From the NCBI GenBank assembly GCA_948468045.1, contig CAOKGO010000005.1, positions 3,760-67,759 of the forward strand: a stretch of DNA of 64,000 nt, read 5' to 3'. The position numbers were made by a program, and so were the translations under genes. The notes beneath the pieces are model-generated. The model was not told the DNA's origin and did no database searches. It saw nothing but the letters and a program-made list of their open reading frames with translations. The stretch comes from an uncultured Clostridium sp. Lineage in GTDB: Bacteria; Bacillota; Clostridia; TANB77; CAG-508. Every line of letters starts with the position of its first letter. Position 1 is the stretch's first letter. Positions 41,278 through 50,271 of the stretch are shown one piece after another.

Positions 41278-41904
41278 ATGAATGCAATAGTTTTAACAAA
41301 TCCTATTATTCAACACAAATTATCTATTATTAGAAATAAAAATACAGGAACAAAAGAATTTAGAGAAATAATTGGTGAAATAGCAACATTTTTATGTTAT
41401 GAGGCAATGTCAGATGCAAAACTTCAAACAATTGAAGTAGAAACACCAATGGGAACTACAAAAGTTAAAACCCTAGACGAAAATCAGTATGCTTTTGTGC
41501 CAATTTTAAGAGCAGGAACTGGAATGTTAGATGGATTAGTAAAAGTTATGCCAAATGCTAAAATTGGCCATGTTGGTTTATATCGTAATGAAGAAACTTT
41601 AAAACCTGTCCGTTATTATTATAAAATGCCACAAGATATAGCAAACAGAGAAGTAATAGTATTAGACCCTATGCTTGCAACAGGTGGTTCTGCAATAGAT
41701 ACAATTACTATGCTTAAAGAAGATGGTGTTAAAAAAATAAAATTTTTATGTATCATAGCAGCACCTGAAGGGATTTTAAAATTACAAGAACAACACCAAG
41801 ATGTACAAATTTACACAGCAGCAGTAGATGAAAAGTTAAATGACATTGGGTATATTGTTCCAGGTTTAGGAGATGCAGGAGATAGAATATTTGGAACAAA
41901 ATAA
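41278..41904 (+). CDS. upp: Uracil phosphoribosyltransferase
   Basis: VPILRAG, DPMLATGGS, PGLGDAGDRIFGTK. Confidence 0.97.
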   Translation: MNAIVLTNPIIQHKLSIIRNKNTGTKEFREIIGEIATFLCYEAMSDAKLQTIEVETPMGTTKVKTLDENQYAFVPILRAGTGMLDGLVKVMPNAKIGHVGLYRNEETLKPVRYYYKMPQDIANREVIVLDPMLATGGSAIDTITMLKEDGVKKIKFLCIIAAPEGILKLQEQHQDVQIYTAAVDEKLNDIGYIVPGLGDAGDRIFGTK

Positions 41905-41977
41905 ATATGTCGTATTGGGGACGTTTCTTTTGCGACATTTTTATGTTGACTGCTATTAAGCTACCAGGTTTGTATAA

Positions 41978-42260
41978 AGAACAAAAGAGGCATGATTAAA
42001 ATTTTATGACCTTTTAGATAACTTTTCATGCCACGTCTTTGTTCGCCCGCGAAAATTGCAAAGCAATTTTCTGTGGAACGTTTTATATTATAGGAAGTTC
42101 GGAGAACTTTCCTATAATAGAACAAAAGAGGCATGATTAAAATTTTATGACCTTTTAGATTACTCTTCATGCCTCGTCTTTGTTCGCTCGCGAAAATTGC
42201 AAAGCAATTTTTGCGTGGAACGCTTTATATTATAGGAAGTTCGGAGAACTTTCCTATAAT
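41978..42260. repeat. About 140-bp MITE-like repeat, family A, tandem pair (also 45493-45635, 53121-53220, 54058-54212, 62039-62183; partial copy 49058-49135)
   Basis: agaacaaaagaggcatgattaa...catgcctcgtctttgttc plus attataggaagttcggagaactttcctataat hairpin modules. Confidence 0.9.
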
Positions 42261-42361
42261 ATAAAAAAAGAACCTAAATACTAAATTAGAATCTAGGTTC
42301 TTTTTTGATATCATAGAAAAATCATAGACTTTTCTATAATATCATACTTTTAATAACAAAA

Positions 42362-42466
42362 CTATCTACAGTTATTATTGTTTTGTCTTTCATTGTTGTT
42401 ATTATTTTGATTGTTTTTGTTATTATTGTTGTTATTGTTTTGGTTTTCTTTATTTTTCTTTGACAT
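42362..42466 (-). CDS. 34-aa Asn-rich small protein, probably forespore-expressed
   Basis: MSKKNKENQNNNNNNNKNNQNNNNNERQNNNNCR; GGAGGTG RBS; terminator at about 42263-42306. Confidence 0.7.
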   Translation of the reverse strand: MSKKNKENQNNNNNNNKNNQNNNNNERQNNNNCR

Positions 42467-42496
42467 GAAAAGCACCTCCAATTCAAGTTTCAATAT

Positions 42497-42526
42497 TATT
42501 TTTGCCTAAGAAGCATAAAAATATAC
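42497..42526 (-). promoter_or_regulatory. SigF-type promoter
   Basis: GTATA-15 bp-GGCAAAAATA matches the B. subtilis sigF consensus. Confidence 0.65.
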
Positions 42527-42658
42527 AAAATAAAATTGTCTTTTTTTAACATTTGATATATAATGGGGAAAATAAAAAAATTGAATATTATTTCGACTTT
42601 TTTAGATTAACTATTTATTAATAATTGAATACTATATTTTAAAAGGAGTAAAGAAGTA

Positions 42659-44059
42659 ATGAAATTTAAAAATGATAAATTAAATGAATTTGAGGAATAC
42701 ATAAAATTTAGAAAAGTGGCTATTATAGGTTTAGGAGTTAGTAATTTGCCATTATTAGATTATATGTTTGATAAAAGAGCCAAAGTTAGTATTTTTGATG
42801 AAAGAGAAGAAAAACAAATTCCAAAAGAAGTAATTGATAAAATAAAAAATTATGGTTTTAAATCATATATTGGTAAAAATTCATTAGAAAATTTAAACGG
42901 ATTTGACATTATTTTCCGTTCTCCTAGTTGTTTACCGACAAGAAAAGAACTACAACAAGAGGAAGAAAGAGGTGCAATGGTTACAACAGAAATAGAAATG
43001 CTAATGAAAATGTGTCCTTGCAAAACAATTGGTGTAACAGGTAGTGATGGTAAGACAACAACAACAAGTTTAATATATAGTATTTTACAAAATGCAGGTT
43101 TTAATACATATTTAGGTGGAAATATTGGAAATCCATTATTTACCAAATTGGCTCAAATGAAGCCAGAAGATATTGTAGTATTGGAACTAAGTAGCTTTCA
43201 ATTGATGGGAATGGAAATTAGTCCAAATATATCAGTTATTACAAATATAACACCAAATCATCTAAATATTCACAAAGATTATGAAGAATATATAGAAGCA
43301 AAGAAAAATATTTTTAAATATCAAAAAGAAAATGATATTTTAATTCTAAATTATGATAATGATATAACAAGAGAATGTAGCAAACAAGCAAAAGGGAAAG
43401 TAACTTTCTTTAGTAGAAAAGAAAAACTGGATAATGGTTTTATAGTAGATGGAAGATGTATTAAAAAATGTGAAGAAGGCATTAGAGAACATATTTTTAA
43501 TGGTGAAGATGCCATTTTAAGGGGAAATCATAATTTAGAAAATATAGCTACTGCATTGGCTGTAACAAAAAATTTAGTACCAGCTGAACAATCAATAGAA
43601 ACATTAAAAAGCTTTAAACCAGTAGAACATAGAATAGAATTTGTAAAAGAAATCAATCAAGTAAAATGGTATAATGACTCTGCAAGTTCATCTCCAACTA
43701 GAACATTGTCTGGTTTAAATGCTTTTGATGAAGATATTGTTTTAATTAGTGGTGGCTATGATAAAAACTTAGATTATAAACCACTTGCCAAACCAATTGC
43801 AGAAAAAGTAAAAGCTTTATTATTAATTGGTCAAACTTCAGGTAAAATTTTTGAAGTAGTAAAACAAGAATTAGAAAATCAAAGCAAAAGTTTAGATATT
43901 TATATGTGCGAAACTTTAGAAGAAACAGTAAAGTTAGCTAAAAAGTTAGCAAAGCCACAAAATGTAGTTCTATTTTCTCCTGCTAGTGCAAGTTTTGATA
44001 TGTTTAAAGATTTTGCAGATAGGGGAAATCAATTTAAACAATTAGTAAATGAATTATAA
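42659..44059 (+). CDS. murD: UDP-MurNAc-L-Ala--D-Glu ligase
   Basis: GVTGSDGKTTTT, GGNIG, ELSSFQL, SPASASFD. Confidence 0.95.
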   Translation: MKFKNDKLNEFEEYIKFRKVAIIGLGVSNLPLLDYMFDKRAKVSIFDEREEKQIPKEVIDKIKNYGFKSYIGKNSLENLNGFDIIFRSPSCLPTRKELQQEEERGAMVTTEIEMLMKMCPCKTIGVTGSDGKTTTTSLIYSILQNAGFNTYLGGNIGNPLFTKLAQMKPEDIVVLELSSFQLMGMEISPNISVITNITPNHLNIHKDYEEYIEAKKNIFKYQKENDILILNYDNDITRECSKQAKGKVTFFSRKEKLDNGFIVDGRCIKKCEEGIREHIFNGEDAILRGNHNLENIATALAVTKNLVPAEQSIETLKSFKPVEHRIEFVKEINQVKWYNDSASSSPTRTLSGLNAFDEDIVLISGGYDKNLDYKPLAKPIAEKVKALLLIGQTSGKIFEVVKQELENQSKSLDIYMCETLEETVKLAKKLAKPQNVVLFSPASASFDMFKDFADRGNQFKQLVNEL

Positions 44060-44117
44060 AAATCACATTAATTAAATTAAATGCATATAATATACAAAAT
44101 ATTAAGGAGGTTATTAT

Positions 44118-44724
44118 ATGTATCAAGAAACTTATGAAGACTACATAAGAAGCATTTTAGGCTATCCTACACAAAATACTTATCAAATGCAACCAGTTAC
44201 TAATTATAGAAATAATGAAACAGATAAAAATTTAGAATCTTGTTATCCAGAAATATATAAAGTAGTATATCCTATGGTAAACAAAGCCTGTATGACAAAT
44301 TCAAGACCAGTTACACCAGAACTAATTGATGAACTGACAGACGAAATTTATTCTTCTTTAGAAACTGATAATAATGGAATAAACATAAATATTAATTTAA
44401 GTAATGAAGTGAAAAATAGTTCTACACAAGCTACTAGTGCTAAAAAACAAGTAGAAAACAGAAGCAATCAAGTAGAAAATAGAGTAGAAAGTAGGAAAGA
44501 AGACAGGCAATTTAGAAATAGAGGTTTACAAGATTTAATTAGGATTTTATTAATAAGAGAATTGCTTCGGAAGACCTGGTGGAAATAATCGTCCGCCTAT
44601 GCCACCACCACATAGACCACCAATGCCAAGACCACCATTTCCAGGTGAAAGACCACCAATGGGAGGTGGAAGACCACCTATGATGCCACGTTATGGCGAA
44701 GAATTTTTAGATATTTATGAATAA
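44118..44724 (+). CDS. Putative spore protein with Pro-rich tail after a +1 CGG site at 44568
   Basis: CYPEIYKVVYP...DLIRILLIRELL-[C]-GRPGGNNRPPMPPP...; sigK-like ACA-16-CATATAATA upstream. Confidence 0.72.
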
Positions 44725-44832
44725 AGAAATGACGTGATCCTACCAGGGCTAACCTACCAAGATCACGTCTATTTGCATGCCGTTGCCACTATTAAGGAGG
44801 TGGCATAAATTTTTTTTGCAACGACATACAAT

Positions 44833-44931
44833 TCAGACAGACGGGAGTCGAACCCGTAAATTTGATTTACTACTACCCACTACGAAAGCAGAAATCAAAT
44901 TTCCCCATACCTATTATTTGGGGCAATCTGA
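44833..44931 (-). ncRNA. tRNA-like element 5 (very long anticodon-position arm)
   Basis: T-arm ACGGG TTCGACT CCCGT; CCCC/GGGG D-like stem; 11-bp plus 5-bp central helix. Confidence 0.6.
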
Positions 44932-44934
44932 AAA

Positions 44935-45030
44935 TCGGATAGGCAAGAATATGAATAAATCATAAACTTGCGTATAACTCACCCTGCTCCTCCCTAGCAG
45001 AGAGTGCCCAATTTAATGGGCTACTATCCG
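44935..45030 (-). ncRNA. tRNA-like element 4 (purine-only loop, expanded T-loop)
   Basis: Perfect acceptor CGGATAG/CTATCCG+A; GCCC/GGGC D-stem; loop AGGGAGG. Confidence 0.55.
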
Positions 45031-45034
45031 AAAA

Positions 45035-45108
45035 TAGTGCAGGTGGGATTCGAACCCACGTGTTTGGAGGTAATGAGCCTCCATGCCCATCCACTGGGCC
45101 ACTGCACT
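45035..45108 (-). tRNA. Atypical tRNA with CAT anticodon (6-bp anticodon stem, T37)
   Basis: AGTGCAG TG GCCC AGTGGAT GGGC A TGGAGG CTCATTA CCTCCA AACAC GTGGG TTCGAAT CCCAC CTGCACT A. Confidence 0.65.
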
Positions 45109-45114
45109 TTAAAA

Positions 45115-45190
45115 GGGATCTAGTGGGATTCGAACCCACGACATTTCATTGGTTGTAAACCAACAGCTCTTCCTCTGCAGCTATAGACCC
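45115..45190 (-). tRNA. Atypical tRNA with TAC (Val) anticodon
   Basis: GTTGG TTTACAA CCAAT anticodon arm; canonical T-arm; unusual D-loop; 8-nt variable loop. Confidence 0.6.
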
Positions 45191-45272
45191 CTTAATTTAG
45201 ACCATTGCTCCTTTTATTAAGTGTGTGGGGACACATAAATAAATAAAAGGAAAAGAAAAAGCAATGGTCTAA

Positions 45273-45344
45273 TCGGACTGGTGGGACTCGAACCCACGAC
45301 TTCTACGCTTAAACGTAACGTTCTACCAACTGAACTACAGACCG
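45273..45344 (-). tRNA. Atypical tRNA with a 6-nt anticodon loop (TTTAAG)
   Basis: CGGTCTG TA GTTC AGTTGGTA GAAC G TTACG TTTAAG CGTAG AAGTC GTGGG TTCGAGT CCCAC CAGTCCG A. Confidence 0.65.
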
Positions 45345-45392
45345 ATACCCTCGAAATTGCCTCGAGGGGTTCATAAAAATGAAACTTGTTAT

Positions 45393-45421
45393 ATATTAAC
45401 ATAAAACAAGCATAAAGTCAA
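45393..45421 (-). promoter_or_regulatory. SigA promoter driving the tRNA-like array
   Basis: TTGACT-17 bp-TAATAT with an extended -10 TG. Confidence 0.65.
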
Positions 45422-45703
45422 TACTTTTTGAAAAAAATTGTCATTTTTAATAAAAATTTTCTTTAAAGGCATAAATTGCAAATGTTTTTTTCTATTATAG
45501 GAAAGTTCTCCGAACTTCCTATAATAGAAAAAATTGTACACAATTTTACTAACGTAAAATTGGCACACGAACAAAGACGAGGCATGAAAAGTTATATAAA
45601 AAGTCATAAAATTTTAATCATGCCTCTTTTGTTCTCTTTACAAAATTTGTCGAATATATTTTAAAAAATATGTAAAAAATATAAATGAGAATTTTTTTGA
45701 AAG

Positions 45704-46162
45704 GTGGAAAAAATAATGAAAGTAAAAGAATGTATGTGTAATGATGTGGCTTGTGTAAAGCCTGATTGTAGCTTAAACCAAGTAGCAAAATTAATGAACG
45801 AAAAACATGTTGGTTGTATACCAGTTTGTGATGAAGATAATTGCATATGTGGAATTGTTACAGATAGAGATATATTACTAAGAGCAGTAGCTTGTGAAAA
45901 AGACACAAAAACTTGTAAAGTAAGTGATGTCATGACTTGTAATGTATGCACTTGTACAGAGGATGAAGAAATGACAAATGCAGAAAGTAAAATGGCTCAA
46001 AATCAAATTAGAAGATTACCAGTTTGTGACCAAAACAATAAAGTAATTGGAATTTTAACATTAGGAGATTTAGCACAAAATGATAGAGAAATAGGGAAGC
46101 AACAAGTATGTACAACAATAGAGGAAATTTGCAATTGTCATAATGGAAAACATGCAGAGTAA
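45704..46162 (+). CDS. CBS-domain protein
   Basis: Tandem CBS repeats (GIVTDRDI, IRRLPV, GILTLGDL). Confidence 0.9.
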   Translation: MEKIMKVKECMCNDVACVKPDCSLNQVAKLMNEKHVGCIPVCDEDNCICGIVTDRDILLRAVACEKDTKTCKVSDVMTCNVCTCTEDEEMTNAESKMAQNQIRRLPVCDQNNKVIGILTLGDLAQNDREIGKQQVCTTIEEICNCHNGKHAE

Positions 46163-46235
46163 AAATCTATAATATAGCAAAGAACGGATAATATTCCGTT
46201 CTTTTACATATAATAAAAGAGGAAGGAGGTAAAGC

Positions 46236-47333
46236 ATGATAATTAATGTATCATATTGGACAAGAGTATTTAAAAACATAATGTATGTCATATTATTATT
46301 AATTGGACTATATCTTGCTTTAAAGCTTTCTATATTTTATATGCCATTTTTAGTAGCATTTATTATATCACTAATTATAGAACCTGCAATAAAATGCATA
46401 ATGAAAAAAACAAATTTAACAAGAAGGACTAGTTCTATCATAATATTTGTAATTGTATTAGGAATTATCCTAGGAGGACTAATTTGGATTTTAATAACAC
46501 TTTTTTCAGAATCTTCAAGTTTACTACAAGGACTGAATGATTACTTTGATAAAGCTTACATACAATTTCAATTTTTTATGGAAAGCTTTAATTTTGACAA
46601 AATACATCTATCAAATGAAGTTTTAAATGTAATACAAAATTCAACAGGAGACTTATTAGAAACAGCATCAAACTGGCTAAGAAATTCATTAACAGGTTTA
46701 ATTGAATTAGTAACAAGCCTACCATCCATTGCCATATGCATAGGAATTACAATAGTTGCACTTTATTTTATATGTGTAGACAAAATCTATATATTAGACC
46801 AAATAGAACATCATCTTCCAAAAATTTGGGTACGAAAAATAGGAAAACATCTAAAAGACCTAATACAAACCTTAGGTGGATATTTAAAAGCAGAAGCCAC
46901 ATTAATATTAGTATCATTCATAATTTCATTAATAGGACTTTATATTTTACAATTTGCAGGATTTAATGTACAATATCCTTTGTTAATGGCATTATTCATA
47001 GGATTTGTCGATGCTCTTCCGATACTTGGGTCAGGAACAGTAATGATACCATGGGCAATAATCTGTGCAATAAATGGTGACTTAAACCTAGGAATAGCAA
47101 TAATAGTATTATTAATAATCATGTCAATATCAAGACAACTGCTAGAACCTAAATTAGTAAGTAAAAACATAGGAGTACATCCAATATTTACTCTAATTGC
47201 TATGTATACAGGTTTCAAAATAATTGGAATAATGGGACTATTAATAGGACCAATAGTTTTAATCATATTTAAAAATATATTTGCAAGTCTAATAGACCAA
47301 GGAGTATTCAAAACAATATTTGACAAAAAATAA
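46236..47333 (+). CDS. ytvI: Sporulation integral membrane protein YtvI (AI-2E family)
   Basis: DALPILGSG, RQLLEPKLV, GVHP. Confidence 0.85.
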   Translation: MIINVSYWTRVFKNIMYVILLLIGLYLALKLSIFYMPFLVAFIISLIIEPAIKCIMKKTNLTRRTSSIIIFVIVLGIILGGLIWILITLFSESSSLLQGLNDYFDKAYIQFQFFMESFNFDKIHLSNEVLNVIQNSTGDLLETASNWLRNSLTGLIELVTSLPSIAICIGITIVALYFICVDKIYILDQIEHHLPKIWVRKIGKHLKDLIQTLGGYLKAEATLILVSFIISLIGLYILQFAGFNVQYPLLMALFIGFVDALPILGSGTVMIPWAIICAINGDLNLGIAIIVLLIIMSISRQLLEPKLVSKNIGVHPIFTLIAMYTGFKIIGIMGLLIGPIVLIIFKNIFASLIDQGVFKTIFDKK

Positions 47334-47438
47334 TCAGATGTCGTGTTGGTGTCGTGTTGGGGACGTTTCCTTTGGGACATTTTAATTTACGTAAAAATGT
47401 CCCAAAGGAAACGTCCCCAACACGACACCAACACGATA

Positions 47439-48974
47439 TTATTCCCATTCGATTGTTGCAGGTGGTTTTGATGTAATATCATAAACTACTCTGTTTACAT
47501 GGTTTACTTCGTTTACTATACGAGAAGATACTTTTTCTAATATTTCATATGGTATTTTACTCCATATACCTGTCATAAAGTCTGTTGTCTCAACAGCACG
47601 AAGTGCTATTGTATAATCATATGTTCTTTCATCTCCCATAACTCCAACAGATTTTAAGTTTGTTAGGACTGCAAAGTATTGATTGATATTTTTATGAAGT
47701 CCAGCATTTGCAATTTCTTCTCTAAAGATACTGTCAGCATCTTTTAGTATTGTTAGTTTGTCATCTGTAATGTCTCCAATTACTCTAATAGCAAGTCCAG
47801 GACCTGGGAAAGGTTGTCTATAAACTAAGTTTTCTGGAATTCCTAATTCTAATCCTGTTTTTCGTACTTCGTCTTTAAATAAATCTCTTAATGGTTCTAC
47901 AATTTCTTTAAAATCAACGTAGTCTGGAAGTCCACCAACATTGTGATGACTTTTTATTACAGAGCTTTTGCCTAGTCCACTTTCAATAACATCTGGATAG
48001 ATAGTTCCTTGTACTAAAAAATCAACTTGGCCAAGTTTTTTTGCTTCTTCTTCAAATACACGAATGAATTCTTCTCCAATGATTTTTCTTTTTGTTTCAG
48101 GGTCTGCAATACCAGCTAGTTTTGATAAAAATCTATCTTTGGCATTTATACGAATTAGATTAATGTCAAATTGTTGTTTAAATATTTTTTCTACTTCATC
48201 ACCTTCATTTTTACGCAAAAGTCCATGGTCAACAAAAATACAAGTTAAGTTTTTGCCGATTGCTTTTGAAAGTAAAACAGCTGCAACTGAAGAGTCAACA
48301 CCACCAGATAATGCACATAAAGCTTTTTTGTCTCCAATTTTTTCTTTTAAGCTTTTGATAGTTTCTTGCGTAAATGAACTAATTACCCAGTCAGCAGAAC
48401 AGTTACAAATATTAAATAAAAAGTTTTTGATTACTTGAATACCATTTTTTGAGTTGTTTACTTCTGGATGAAATTGTATACCATATAATTTTTTTTCTTG
48501 GTTTTCCATTCCAGCATTTGGGCAAGAAGATGTTGAACCAATATTTTTAAAACCATTTGGGACAGTTTCTACATAGTCAGTGTGACTCATTAAAAATCCA
48601 TTAGTTTCCCCAAAACCTTGTAAAAGTAGGGAAGTGTTATTAATAGAAACATCTGTTGTTCCATATTCACGTTTATTTGGTCTTGCAACTTTTCCACCTA
48701 AAGTAAGTGCCATTAATTGCATTCCATAACAAATTCCAAGAATTGGAATGCCTAATTCAAAAATTTCTTTATCACATTTTGGTGCATCTTCACCATATAC
48801 GCTTGCAGGTCCTCCTGTAAATATTATTCCTTTTGGATTTTTTTCTTTGATTTTTTCTATTGAAATATTATAAGGTACTACTTCAGAGTATACATTACAT
48901 TCTCTTACACGCCTTGCTATTAGTTGGTTGTATTGCCCTCCAAAGTCTAAAATTAAAATTAATTCGTTTTTCAC
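47439..48974 (-). CDS. guaA: GMP synthase
   Basis: [31 protein letters not shown]. Confidence 0.97.
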   Translation of the reverse strand: MKNELILILDFGGQYNQLIARRVRECNVYSEVVPYNISIEKIKEKNPKGIIFTGGPASVYGEDAPKCDKEIFELGIPILGICYGMQLMALTLGGKVARPNKREYGTTDVSINNTSLLLQGFGETNGFLMSHTDYVETVPNGFKNIGSTSSCPNAGMENQEKKLYGIQFHPEVNNSKNGIQVIKNFLFNICNCSADWVISSFTQETIKSLKEKIGDKKALCALSGGVDSSVAAVLLSKAIGKNLTCIFVDHGLLRKNEGDEVEKIFKQQFDINLIRINAKDRFLSKLAGIADPETKRKIIGEEFIRVFEEEAKKLGQVDFLVQGTIYPDVIESGLGKSSVIKSHHNVGGLPDYVDFKEIVEPLRDLFKDEVRKTGLELGIPENLVYRQPFPGPGLAIRVIGDITDDKLTILKDADSIFREEIANAGLHKNINQYFAVLTNLKSVGVMGDERTYDYTIALRAVETTDFMTGIWSKIPYEILEKVSSRIVNEVNHVNRVVYDITSKPPATIEWE

Positions 48975-49561
48975 TTATTTTACCTCCATCAACAATAAAA
49001 TTTGTTTTATTTTATCATATTTTGGAAGAAAAGTAAAGAATTAAAATAGGATATACTAGAACAAAAAGAGTATGATTTAAAATTTGTGACCTTTTAGATT
49101 GCTTTAAATGAACCGTCTTTGTTCACCTGCCAAATTTGTTACTATATTATATAATAATTATCCCTCGGCTTAGCCAGAAGCTTACAAATATAAAAACAGG
49201 AGCCTCAAAAGGTTAAGGCTCCTGTGGAAGAAATTTCTGCCATTAATGATATTGTTATCAAGAATACTCCTGACACAAATATCCGTACAGAGGGAAAAGT
49301 ATTGCCCTCTTTGCTACTGTCCAGCATACATGCAGCCATGCTGAACAGCACTAAACAAAAGATGCCTGAAAATCTCAAAAATAAAAATATAACTGTCCTC
49401 ATTTTTTTTATTTGCCCCAATATGGGGCTCTCCCTTCTACTTTTTTATTTAAAATCTATAATAATTATAACATATTTTACATAAAAAATCAAATTCATGC
49501 AAAACGTTGTATGAGTTTTTGGGGCTGAGGTTTTTTAAAAATTTCAATATGAATGCTAAGA

Positions 49562-50113
49562 CTAAAGAATTCCACTTGTAGGAATATAACTTTCATCTGG
49601 AGGATACACAAATTCCTCATTTGGTTTATCTACTTTCTTAATATCTGTAACTTTTACAATAGGCATATTGCCATGATAATTACCTTTTGTAATTTCACCT
49701 GTTAGTTCAACCCAAGTTTCATTTTCAAACTCCTTAGCATTTTCGCTTTCACATAGAAAACCTACAATAACAGACTGAAAATCAGAAGAAATAATCATAT
49801 TTCTAGCCAATACAAACTGATTTTCATACAAATCTGAAACACGATAAACATAGCCTGTAAAACTAATTTTAACACCTATATAGTTATCAACATTTTCATG
49901 AACAGCTTTCAACACATTAGCATAATTAGAAACTGTAAGTTTTGTAACCTTATTTTGAGGCAAGCAACTAGAAATTTCAGGACTAGCATTACTAGCACCG
50001 TTAAAAACCTTAAAACTTACAATGCCAACAATTATAATTACAAGCAAAACAATAAAAGCAAAGAAATATTTAAAAGTCTTACTACCATTAATTTTAACAT
50101 TATATACAAACAT
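49562..50113 (-). CDS. Membrane-anchored protein, DUF1980/YcgQ C-terminal-like
   Basis: N-terminal TM helix; FTGYVYR...FVLAR...WVELTG. Confidence 0.55.
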   Translation of the reverse strand: MFVYNVKINGSKTFKYFFAFIVLLVIIIVGIVSFKVFNGASNASPEISSCLPQNKVTKLTVSNYANVLKAVHENVDNYIGVKISFTGYVYRVSDLYENQFVLARNMIISSDFQSVIVGFLCESENAKEFENETWVELTGEITKGNYHGNMPIVKVTDIKKVDKPNEEFVYPPDESYIPTSGIL

Positions 50114-50271
50114 ATAAATCCTCTTTTCTATTAATAATACTATTTACTTGAATTTATGTACTTATAATAAAAAATATGCAAAAAATGCTTGCTAAAAAGG
50201 AATTTTAGTGGTATAGTATTTAAGTAAAAAACTAGAGAATAAAAAAATAAGAAGGGACTGAAACTAAAAAA

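Noticed and set aside
44833-45344. One of the tRNA-like elements as the quadruplet Gly suppressor (anticodon NCCG or NCC)
   Set aside because: No anticodon-position loop on the transcribed minus strand contains CC. The TCC-containing loop at about 44989-44995 is on the plus strand, where arm order and G-U pairing do not fit a tRNA.
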